From the NCBI GenBank assembly GCA_002811645.1, contig PDIP01000028.1, forward strand, positions 194,939 to 258,938: DNA of 64,000 bases. The letters are read 5' to 3'. The notes under the pieces were generated by a model. That model saw only the letters and a program-made list of their open reading frames with translations, was not told where the DNA came from and did not search any database. This stretch comes from Corallochytrium limacisporum Hawaii. Lineage: Eukaryota > Protista > Pluriformea. A program made the position numbers and the translations under genes. Each line of letters begins with the position of its first letter. The first letter of the stretch is position 1. This document shows positions 36,522 through 46,144 of this stretch, piece by piece.

Positions 36522-37739
36522 CCCATTAAGATGCTAAAGTATGGTTGCTATTAAGCCATGCCAAAGAGCCCGCCTTTGGGGGGTACTCTGCCGAAGACCT
36601 GGTCCTCATGCAGAACAAACTCGACGATCCCGAACGTATGGAGTACATCGGGCTTGAATTAAGCAAGGCAGAGTAAAACATTAGAAAAGGAGCCTTTGAC
36701 GAGGCTCTGGTGGGAGTTCGTGGAGTAGCAAAGTACTTGTACGGCCGAGGAGAACATCGCGCTGCAGCTGAGTTCTTTGGCAAGGCTGTAGCCATCGTGG
36801 GACTGGAAGCCCCTGAACGAGGAATGCAAGGCCCGCTACGCTTCTGAGTTGGATTATTGCTCGCAGTTTCATTCACACAGGAGACTCCAGCCAGGCTGTG
36901 GGACACTGTAAGGAAGCCCACCACCCTGGCGATGGGGGATGCCCGGAACATCAGCGGTGACCGAACATCATTGGACGCTGGCGCCCTGTACGATGCATGT
37001 CAATTATTGGATGATGCGCTGTGGAATGAGGCTCTAAATGGACCCGAAGCGGATTGCAAAACAGACAGTCTACACCATGTCCTCGCACGTGCCAGTGACA
37101 TTGCTTTCGGAGGCCCCGCGCGAGGCTGGCTTGCCCGAGATTCTTTTCCGTCTCGGATCATTCTTCCAGACTCGCGGAGAATACAAGAAGGCCCAGTCTT
37201 CTTTTGCCCAGGCTAGCGATTTACCAATACCCGATGCAATTGAACGGGTACCCGCAGAATGGCCGCGCCTGTATCTGTCGCTCGCTCGGTCCATTATCGA
37301 CTCGGACATTGACCCATTCGGAAGATCGATGTCCCAGATGAACGTTGATGATAGTCGGATGGGTTTGTCCAACGCACCAGTTGGTAAGGCGCATCAACTT
37401 GTTGACCAGGCTGTTAAACTCGTTGACAATGTACAGGATGAGAGGAACGATTCTGAACAGAACCAGCGTCTACTCATACTACAGGAGGCCGGTCAGTTGA
37501 TGAACCGTCTGGGCCGTACCGACGAAGTCAATTCTCTTCTGCACAAAGTGCAGGATGAGGCTGGTGGCACTTCTGCATGCAATGCTATCCAGCGGGTCAT
37601 TGCTCTGGATCTAATCGTGGCTAGCACAGATACGATTTTTGCGGCCTACGCAGCAGCCTGCGGCGGTGTGGATGACGAATGCCTGGTACGTTTGGTGAAC
37701 TTCAAGCTAGGCTTTAACCATGATTTTGCCATGTCATGA
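36522..37739 (+). pseudogene. Disrupted TPR gene resembling the flagellar protein TTC29
   Basis: Protein-like segments in shifting frames: IKMLKYGCY* (TAA 36552); MQNKLDDPERMEYIGLELSKAE*NIRKGAFDEAL..VAKYLYGRGEHRAAAEFFGKA (TAA 36674); LLSWIIARSFIHTGDSSQAVGHCKEAH; ALYDACQLL; ILFRLGSFFQTRGEYKKAQSSFAQA; ...DDECLVRLVNFK. About four frameshifts and two in-frame stops. The TTC29 assignment rests on remembered sequence. Confidence 0.6.
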
Positions 37740-38840
37740 CCCAAGGCATCCACCAAGAGCAACGACCAGTTCGTCGTCAAACTACACATGGAACTTCATT
37801 CCAAGAAACTGGCTTCGACTTCTCCAAAGAGAGGGATGACGCATGGAAGTGCTCGCTACTACCGGATTGGCCTAGAGGCTGGTGGGGGTGACTGGTTGCT
37901 CCCTCCGTGCCGAAAGTAGTTCTGCGACTCTTGTATTAACATAACATATAGTAGAGAATTCATACCAATTCCCCGTATTCTGAAGCTTTTTCGAACAGAG
38001 GGAGCAACCAACCAACCCCCCCAACAAAATGGGAGTGCCCCCCCCGGAGGGGGGGGGGTTTTGAAAGAACTGTGCTCTGGTAGAAAACATTCCGCTCGTT
38101 CTCCTCCTTGGTTTGCGGGCCATTTCCTAATTCTTGTGAGGGTACCGTAGGTCTAGAGGGAATCCCCCCCTTACATTCTCAATTTCGTATCTTAAGAATC
38201 TTGTTGGAAGTGGTAGTTGCTGGTTGGTTTGGTCTTTCATACAAGACGAGGCAAGGAAATCAAAACACCCCCCCCCCATGCAAAGACGTACGCAAGCTAC
38301 TATTGGCTTCGTCCGCCTTCTCCCCTTACCACTTCCCAATGTCGCACAAGTGAAAATTGGAAAGCCCCACCACGGCACGGTTAATGATGATGAACCTTGC
38401 GCACGAATCACACCGTCACACAGCGGAGATAGAGGAAATAAGGGAGGGACGGTACCGAGGCGCAGTGTCCTTGCACAGTCCCCTCATCTGGGGGTGCTCC
38501 CTGTGCTGACACTATGGCAGGCCCGGTTATATGTACAATGGTGACACAACCATGAGATAGGTCATTGAATGCCTAGTTTTGAAGCACTCAGCTTTGTTGG
38601 TGAATCTTCGGACAACTTGTGTCCTGCGTTTGGATCAGGTCGGTAAGTAGTTGAGGTTATGCTACTTCACGGCGAGCAAGTCTTTGAGGAGTGGGTGAAT
38701 ATTGACTCCACCGGTTGTGCAAAGACAGAGAGTTCTTACGTCACTATATCCAAAGGTATCCAAGTTCTTTAAAAAACTTCGGCACACTTCCTGTCACATC
38801 TGTCCACTGTAACAGAAACGGAGATATCAAATTCAGAACG

Positions 38841-39626
38841 ATGAACGGAGTTGAACGATTGGCTGGTAAAGTTGTGCTTATCACTGGCTCGTCTGCTGGC
38901 ATCGGTGAAGCTGTTGCCCGCATTCTTGCCCCCCATGGTTGCAAACTGGTGCTTGTAGCCCGTCGTCGTGAGCGCCTTATTGATCTGAAGGAGCAGCTCT
39001 CCAAGCTCACAAGCGCAGAGAACATTTTCATTGAGAAGCTCGATGTTACCGACGGTGCTGCGGTGGAAAAGTTTGCTAATGAGGACCTCCCTGAGCAATT
39101 CCGCAATGTTGACATTCTCGTGAACAATGCCGGTGGTGCCCATGGCCTGGACCGAGTCCACGAGGTGCAGGACAAGGACCTGCAGACCATGATTGAAGTT
39201 AATGTTAAGGGTCTATTGTACATGCAACGTGCCTTTGTGCCCGGAATGATTCAGCGCAATACTGGCCATGTGATCAACATTTCTAGCATTGCCGGCCGCA
39301 ATCCCTACCCTGGAGGAGGTGTGTACTGCGGTACCAAGGCCATGGTCGACTCCATCACCTCTGCCTTGCGTATGGAACTGGTGAAGACAAACGTAAAGGT
39401 TACGTCCATTGCGCCTGGAATGGTGGAGACAGAATTTTCGATGGTGCGCTTCCACGGAGACAGTGAAAAGGCGGCGAATGTGTACAGAGGTTTAGAACCT
39501 CTTGGACCTGAAGATATTGCCGACAATGTCCTGTACGCCGTCACGCGTCCCGTACATGTTGTTATTGCAGACATGCTCGTTTTGCCTAATTGCCAGGCCG
39601 GCGCATACCACATCCACAAAGCTTAG
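38841..39626 (+). CDS. Classical SDR, YdfG/YMR226c-like NADP-dependent 3-hydroxy-acid dehydrogenase
   Basis: TGSSAGIG, VARRRERL, LVNNAGGAHG, NISSIAG..PYPGGGVYCGTK, PGMVETEFS.VRFHGD..KA..VY.G..PL. First ATG at 38841. Confidence 0.92.
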   Translation: MNGVERLAGKVVLITGSSAGIGEAVARILAPHGCKLVLVARRRERLIDLKEQLSKLTSAENIFIEKLDVTDGAAVEKFANEDLPEQFRNVDILVNNAGGAHGLDRVHEVQDKDLQTMIEVNVKGLLYMQRAFVPGMIQRNTGHVINISSIAGRNPYPGGGVYCGTKAMVDSITSALRMELVKTNVKVTSIAPGMVETEFSMVRFHGDSEKAANVYRGLEPLGPEDIADNVLYAVTRPVHVVIADMLVLPNCQAGAYHIHKA

Positions 39627-40889
39627 CTGAATACTCGATTGACAATATGAGACGCAAATCAAATTGACATTAAAGTGATTCATGTAAAGTACCTAAACTA
39701 AATTCAATTGGAAATTACAGTGGGTTCCCAAATTCAATTAGGAGAGTTGTATACTTTATCAAATAAATCTCCATTCAAAGCTTCACAGCAGTCAAAGGCT
39801 TATCTATTTAGGAAATATCAATGTGAGATCACAATAGAATCACAATACGTTTACTTGTAGTTGTTTGGATAGCTGATTTCCTCGAAATTGATCCTGTAGC
39901 TCTTAGTCAAATGTCCCAGGCGAACTTTTTGTTGTTGAGTGTCGTATGAATATCTGACTCATATTTCCAACGATGCACATGTAAACCGTTGACTGTAGAC
40001 ATTATACTCTATTTGATTTTGAAAGAATACGTATTTCTTATACAAAGAGGCTGTCATCCTCAGAGGAATTACGAGGGTATGTGTTTGGATAAGGGATCTT
40101 GGCCACTCTTGATCAGTTTGGAATTCCGTTGTGATGTTACGCAACATGTGACCATTGGCATATTCTTCAATTCAGAAACGGATCAAGAATTTGGTCAGCA
40201 TTGTTACGGTAGTTTGTTTTACTAATGTCGTGGACAAGCTTCCTTTCTGAATTTCGCCCAATGTGTTTTTGACCACCTCCTCACTGTTAGCACTGGCGAT
40301 CCAAATAGACTCCCGCGTCCGCGTTGCCAAAGGGGCCAGGGGACTACTGCCCCGCTCACCCTTTAACAGTCTTACCCCAACTCGCACCCGCTCCACAAAA
40401 TGCCTTCTATATCCAGGCTGTTACAACCGTGCAGCCCAGGCTCCATATAACCCACCCCTTACGGATAGGCGGCGAACCAACGCTCCTTTTGAAGGGGTCA
40501 ATGACTGTATGAAGCCGAGAGCAAAGAAGGCTCACAGGCGAAGGAACGGGGAGCGGGCGGGGGTCCCATTCCAGAACAAGTCAACTCGGAACCAACTGCT
40601 TTCAACCAACTAATTCTGAGCGGGCGGCCGGGTCGATGTCACATTGCTAAATGGAAATATTATCAAGGTAAAATCTATTGCGCAGCCAACCCGCAAAAAG
40701 AAAGAAAAGGCGGTGACGTCCCCCTCGCTGATAAACTGGGGTGTCACGGTCAGTCGAGTGGAGTTCGATAAGTAATAGTGCGCACAATGGACTGGCCGGT
40801 GTTTTCAATTTTGCAATACAGGATGCTACTTAGGTGAATCTTTTAAATGGTCTTTCAGGAGCGGAAAAATTCGAAAATTGTATACGTAC

Positions 40890-41546
40890 ATGAATATGTG
40901 TCTCCGTAAAAGTAATGGTGTGGCCATCGGGTCAAATACAGAAATGCTTGGGGATCGCGTCACTTCTGGACCTGGCGCACCGTCCAACCCAATAGATACT
41001 GACAGACATTCTGAACTAGACGTGGACGCAGCCTATAGGTATAGGGATGCTTTAGGAAGAGATTCCTATGGACGGAGGGGTGCAATGGTACCCGGCAACT
41101 TTGAATGGTCAGCGCTCGCAGCGGTACGTGACGAGCTTGAGGAATTGCCCCCCGACGAAGCTGACAGAACGGAAATTTGCTTTGGAGACGTAGTCTACCA
41201 CGAAGGAAATCCAGTACGAGCCACGATCAAAGATACTATGCACGACATTGGCAACGAAACTAGTCCCCTGGATTTGAGCGCCGACAATGACTCTGGGCTG
41301 GGAGGCATTGAAAGCACACCGCAAGAAGGACCGCCCACGGAGATGTACTCCACACCGATGACCTGGAACGGCAGCATTAACCACGGTAGGGAGCTTTATC
41401 AATATTTAAGTGGCAATGATGGAATTGAGAGACGGTTCCGTGATGTCACCCTGCACAGTGTGACGAGTCTGACTGGTGACGGAAGTCAGCGCATGTCGAC
41501 AGCTAGCGGGGGTTCTTCAGGGTTGCCTTTGAACAGAAATGGATGA
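40890..41546 (+). CDS. Hypothetical acidic protein (~218 aa)
   Basis: ORF with protein-like composition, convergent with WDR35. No domain recognised; start codon uncertain. Confidence 0.5.
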   Translation: MNMCLRKSNGVAIGSNTEMLGDRVTSGPGAPSNPIDTDRHSELDVDAAYRYRDALGRDSYGRRGAMVPGNFEWSALAAVRDELEELPPDEADRTEICFGDVVYHEGNPVRATIKDTMHDIGNETSPLDLSADNDSGLGGIESTPQEGPPTEMYSTPMTWNGSINHGRELYQYLSGNDGIERRFRDVTLHSVTSLTGDGSQRMSTASGGSSGLPLNRNG

Positions 41547-41770
41547 AATCTCAGTGCAAGAAACACAATTTTGAAACCAAGCTATTGTCATTTTGTTAAA
41601 GAAGCTCAAGCGCATACAGACACTGCAATCGAATAGACCACTTATCTGTAACATAAGTAAACGGAATGTGTTCACCATCACAATCACAATACAACACAGC
41701 ATCCCCATACACTTAACAGCACATATATATATTATCGCTTGCTAATCCAATTGAGGAAATATGGCTGCCA

Positions 41771-44700
41771 TCATTCCTGCTGTTCTCCGCATAGCCGACA
41801 GGTCCAGTCACCACTGTCACCCTCCGTTTCCTCCCAGTGTGCACATTGCCAACAACGGCGCAAACCATCTATGCGACGCCAACCTCGCGGGCTAGCCAGG
41901 TGCTCGCTGCTACGGTCCTTCGGCGTGCACGCTCCCACAGCTAAAGGTCGACCAGTCTTCATTGATGGCGGGAAGACAGCGTTGCAGCCAGGACAAAGAT
42001 AGGTTGTCATTGGGAACGAACTCTCTGGCTCGGTGGCACGCAAGCCGCAGGCTCCACAGGATGCTTGGAATGTATTGGGTACCAATGTAGGCCCCGAGAG
42101 CTGTGTGGAGGACCGCAGTGGGGTTTCATCGTTCATCCGAGTCTCCTCCATGACGGCCAGCTTGAAGCTCTCTACAAGTGTGCGGACGTTCTGTTCGTTT
42201 GGTCCGAGCAGCTGCGCGGCGAGATCACTTGCATCCGAGAGAAGCTCTGCTGGACGGTGCCTACCACTGCCACCCTTCAAGATTTGCTCATCAATAGCCA
42301 CCGCAGTGCCACTGGCACGTAGTACCATCCGTGCACGGAATAGGGCCCCGTGACAAGCTGAGATGTTTCCAGAAGCGTAGGCACTGATAGCATGTAGTAC
42401 ACAGAGCCCAGTCTCTGGCAGAAAGTCCGGGTAGCGGTGCAATCCGCAGCTCACAATGTATGCGGCCTTGAACTGATGGTCCAGGAGCAATCTACTGAGT
42501 AACCCGAGCAAATGACAGGCCTCTGCCCGGCGGTACAGTAAGGCGGACTCCCGCGGAAGCAAGTTCAAACCGTATTGATGGCCTTCCATGGGTGGTGTCG
42601 CTCCGGCAGCACCGTCACCATCAGATTTGCTATTCGTACCTGGAGCGGCCACCGACTTCCCAGCAGCCTCTCCCTCGGCGACTACTGGCGATGAGCCACC
42701 TGAAGCTATGAGCGTGGCCAAGTTTGATACCTCAGAACCAGGTATGCTTTTGCCATACGACTCCTCGAACTTGCGAGCCATGCGACCGGCCATAATGTAA
42801 AGGCGCTTAAGCGTGAGAGGAACAGACCACAGTTCCTGTGGTTGTTTTGTGACCAAGTCGACAGCGATGTGACAGAGCAGCAGTGCAGCCTTGCCGTACT
42901 CCCCACTGCGGCGGTAAAAGTCCACGGCTTGCATAAAACTGCCACGGACGACTAGCTGATCGCCGTAGGCATTGAAGATGGTTTCAACATTGAGCACTGA
43001 GTACTTCTGAGCAAGTTCCATGGCGATATCTCCTCGATTCAAATCGCAGCAGGACGCGATTGCACGTTCGTAGGCTCTGCCTTTCTCGAAGGCCCGTACG
43101 GCGTCTTCGACCATACCCACACTCGCAAGCTTGTGGCCAATTTCACAGAGCAGAGATGTAGCTTGCGACGGGGTCAAAGCGAATGGTTTGTTCTCCTTCT
43201 GGCCGGCGGCATCGGCATCAATGAGAACAATGAGTTTGGCAATTTCATTATAGTCCTCCATCATGAAGTAGCACTGGCTTAGGGTCTGGTAATCCTCAGC
43301 TTTGCGAAGAGGCATAGTGGCCTTGACGTACTGCTGGCGATCCTTTAGGTACTCTCCTACTTTGCCATTGCAGTAGGGCACATTGGCAATGGACTGGAGC
43401 ATGCCATTGTTTGATTCTTTCACAGCTGGGTGATTAGCATAGTCCAGTACCAGCAGCTTCATTCGGAAGTAGTCACCTATCTTGTGACGCATGATTATGG
43501 CTAGGTCCGGCCTGGACGCGCGCACGAAAAGATTTTCTGCACGGTCAAAGCGGCGGCGGTGGACCTCAATCTCTGCGCGGCGTAGCATTTTGTCATCTAT
43601 TCCGCGGATACGCTTCACAATCCGCAGGGCAGCCAGGTCCTTACTTCGTTGATAACACCTTTGCGCGATGTCGAGACGTTCTTGGTCAAGAGACTCGTCT
43701 GCTAGCAATTTCCATAGCCGCGTGTGAGCGTGTTTTTCCACAAATGCCAAGACATCATTCAGAGTAATAGGGTCTTGGTCCCTGCTGATGCCACTGGCTT
43801 TGCGCAGTAATTCGCCGCATTGGCGCAAAGAGGCTGAGTCCATCTTCACTATGGCATCCAAATTAGGTCGCGTTGGATTACTCAAAATCTCATTCAACAT
43901 GACTATCTTAATGTTGAGATCAGTAAACGCACAAACATGCCCACTGCATAGATATTCTTCCAGTTGGTTCACATTCCGACTAATGTATAGTTTGTTCTTA
44001 GCCATATAGATGAAGAGGCCAGGATCGTCAGCCGCCCAGGTCACGTCCCAGACATCCGGGACCTGCCAAGCCCGGGATCTGCTGCCGTTGTCGGAGGTCG
44101 GTTCTTCGAGCAGCCGACCAATACGAGTCTTCGATGCAACTTTTCCACTCTGCTTTTCATCGTGCCGGGTCTGTCCATTGCTTACCGATGCCACTAGATC
44201 GTCATCCAGCAAACAGAGAAACAGGGAATGATTGTTGGTGATCAGTGCCAACTGTGTGTCATTGCAGTTAAGAGCAATGTGGTACACAGGTGTTCTGAAG
44301 TCCTGCCTAGCCACGGGTTGGCAGGACGGGAGAGAAAATGCAGTCACAATCCCTCCCTGCCGTGCGACGAGCAGCAGATCATTGCTCACTGCGAGACAGA
44401 CGATCGGGTTGTCCGTTGGCAGCGGCTTGATGTCCATGGCCTGGTCAGGGCGCTGGAGCTGTTGGTCATCGATATGGAACAGGGCCTCCCACTCAATACC
44501 TGCGGTGTTACTGCTACTGTCGTGTGGACCACCACCCGATTCCGCCGACAGCGGCGAAGACCCGGCGCTGACCATGCGATGGCGGCAGCAGTAGACGAGT
44601 TCATTGCTGCCCGCAACAATCGTCTGATTTGTGGCACTTACGTCTATTGGCATGAAGGGCAGCAGAATCTCTAGCAGAGCAGCACCAATTGCATTGTAGA

Positions 44701-46144
44701 GCCGGAGCACGGCTTCACCACTGCCCAGTCCTTGCGGTTCAAAAGAAGTCTGTACGCCGCGCTCGGCCACTACACAGCACAAATTCCCCGCGCGCTTCAT
44801 AAAACGGAAACCTTCAATGCCCTTGAAGACAGCCTTACCTGTCACAGTATCAAAAAACACAACAATGTGCGAGCCGGGAGTGCGGTGCGGGCTTTGGAAT
44901 GAGTAAGACAGGATCTGTGCATCTGTCGGACCAAATACGCACGGTCTGTGCACCAGATTGACGTTGACCAAGAACAAGTTGTTACCTACGCTAACAGCTA
45001 AACGGTCGTCCCTAGCATGCCAGGCCACGTCTAAGGCAACTTCACCGGGTAGCTGCAGACTCCGAACATGGCCACCGTCCGCAGTGAAGAGTGAGACGAT
45101 TGCAACTTTGCTGTGCTCGATCTGTCCGCCTCTGTTGCGCACTCTACTATGCAGACTGCCGGTAATGGCCAGAAAGCGCCCGTCTGTGCTCCAACTGCAA
45201 TTGACACCGTCGCTGAGGCCGGTGTGGACTGCTTTGGCGGCGAAATGTGTGCCTCCTTCGGCCGTCACAGACTCGTCCTGCAGAGTGCGGGTGTGGAAAA
45301 GCACGAGGACCCCATGGTCTAGCAACAGTGCGACATTGTTTGAATAATCTCCAGAGCATTGCCGTAGGCAGCGGACAGAGTGCTTTGCCGCAATACCATT
45401 GCTGTCAATGCACAAATGTTCTGCCATTCGAAAGAGTCCCTTGCGCGCGGACAAGAACTTGCCGTCTGCGCTAGTGTAAGCAAGCAGAGTGCCATCCTCG
45501 CAAGCAAAGAGCAATCTGGTGTCATCAGTGTGCCAAAGAACCTGCATTATGTTCAAAACCGCTTTTTGATTGATGGGATCGTTCATAGTTTTGCCCCAGA
45601 TGCGATCCCCATCCCTGTTTCCAACCACGACAAGACCATTGGCCCATGCTAGGCAGATCATGGACTCGTCCGCAGACCAACACATGCCCCGAATTTTGCT
45701 GTTAATACGATCGTTGACCATTTCCTGGTACCAAGCACCGTTATGAAATGCCCACACAATGACACATCCATTCTCATCGGCACTAACCAACTTGCGGTGC
45801 AAGTGATTCCAGACGACTGTTGTAACTTCGCCTTTGTGGCCTTCCAGGGAAGAGTTCATTGCCACCGATGTTGGACTGGCATTACCCTCAGCAATCTTTC
45901 TTGCTTGAGCAGTGAGTTCCACGACATTCTCAGTTGCCTTCTCAGCCGTAGGTTCCAAGCGAATGACCCGCAGCATACCATTGTCACCACCCATGGCGAT
46001 CCATTCCCTGGACTTGTGCCAGGCCACTGCAGACACGCGGGTGCATTTCGGTACACCAAGTTTCTTTATCAATGCGAGATGAATTCGACGGGTGGGCACA
46101 GAGACTTGGCGCTCACCCTCTGCCAGGTTTCGCATGCTTGACAT
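41771..46144 (-). CDS. WDR35: WDR35/IFT121, intraflagellar transport complex A subunit
   Basis: N-terminus KKLGVP....VAWHK...IAMGGDNGMLRVIRLE...MNSSLEGH.G.V..VVWN....KL.SADENG..IVW....G.WYQEMVN.R...WSAD...GDRIWGK matches WDR35. WD propellers, a TPR-like solenoid and C-terminal CxxC zinc ribbons follow. Uninterrupted 1457 codons. Confidence 0.93.
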   Translation of the reverse strand: MSSMRNLAEGERQVSVPTRRIHLALIKKLGVPKCTRVSAVAWHKSREWIAMGGDNGMLRVIRLEPTAEKATENVVELTAQARKIAEGNASPTSVAMNSSLEGHKGEVTTVVWNHLHRKLVSADENGCVIVWAFHNGAWYQEMVNDRINSKIRGMCWSADESMICLAWANGLVVVGNRDGDRIWGKTMNDPINQKAVLNIMQVLWHTDDTRLLFACEDGTLLAYTSADGKFLSARKGLFRMAEHLCIDSNGIAAKHSVRCLRQCSGDYSNNVALLLDHGVLVLFHTRTLQDESVTAEGGTHFAAKAVHTGLSDGVNCSWSTDGRFLAITGSLHSRVRNRGGQIEHSKVAIVSLFTADGGHVRSLQLPGEVALDVAWHARDDRLAVSVGNNLFLVNVNLVHRPCVFGPTDAQILSYSFQSPHRTPGSHIVVFFDTVTGKAVFKGIEGFRFMKRAGNLCCVVAERGVQTSFEPQGLGSGEAVLRLYNAIGAALLEILLPFMPIDVSATNQTIVAGSNELVYCCRHRMVSAGSSPLSAESGGGPHDSSSNTAGIEWEALFHIDDQQLQRPDQAMDIKPLPTDNPIVCLAVSNDLLLVARQGGIVTAFSLPSCQPVARQDFRTPVYHIALNCNDTQLALITNNHSLFLCLLDDDLVASVSNGQTRHDEKQSGKVASKTRIGRLLEEPTSDNGSRSRAWQVPDVWDVTWAADDPGLFIYMAKNKLYISRNVNQLEEYLCSGHVCAFTDLNIKIVMLNEILSNPTRPNLDAIVKMDSASLRQCGELLRKASGISRDQDPITLNDVLAFVEKHAHTRLWKLLADESLDQERLDIAQRCYQRSKDLAALRIVKRIRGIDDKMLRRAEIEVHRRRFDRAENLFVRASRPDLAIIMRHKIGDYFRMKLLVLDYANHPAVKESNNGMLQSIANVPYCNGKVGEYLKDRQQYVKATMPLRKAEDYQTLSQCYFMMEDYNEIAKLIVLIDADAAGQKENKPFALTPSQATSLLCEIGHKLASVGMVEDAVRAFEKGRAYERAIASCCDLNRGDIAMELAQKYSVLNVETIFNAYGDQLVVRGSFMQAVDFYRRSGEYGKAALLLCHIAVDLVTKQPQELWSVPLTLKRLYIMAGRMARKFEESYGKSIPGSEVSNLATLIASGGSSPVVAEGEAAGKSVAAPGTNSKSDGDGAAGATPPMEGHQYGLNLLPRESALLYRRAEACHLLGLLSRLLLDHQFKAAYIVSCGLHRYPDFLPETGLCVLHAISAYASGNISACHGALFRARMVLRASGTAVAIDEQILKGGSGRHRPAELLSDASDLAAQLLGPNEQNVRTLVESFKLAVMEETRMNDETPLRSSTQLSGPTLVPNTFQASCGACGLRATEPESSFPMTTYLCPGCNAVFPPSMKTGRPLAVGACTPKDRSSEHLASPRGWRRIDGLRRCWQCAHWEETEGDSGDWTCRLCGEQQE

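Noticed and set aside
18780-39626. AcuI plus YdfG-like SDR as an acrylate/3-hydroxypropionate gene cluster
   Set aside because: They are ~19 kb apart with unrelated genes between, and YdfG-like SDRs are widespread in eukaryotes.
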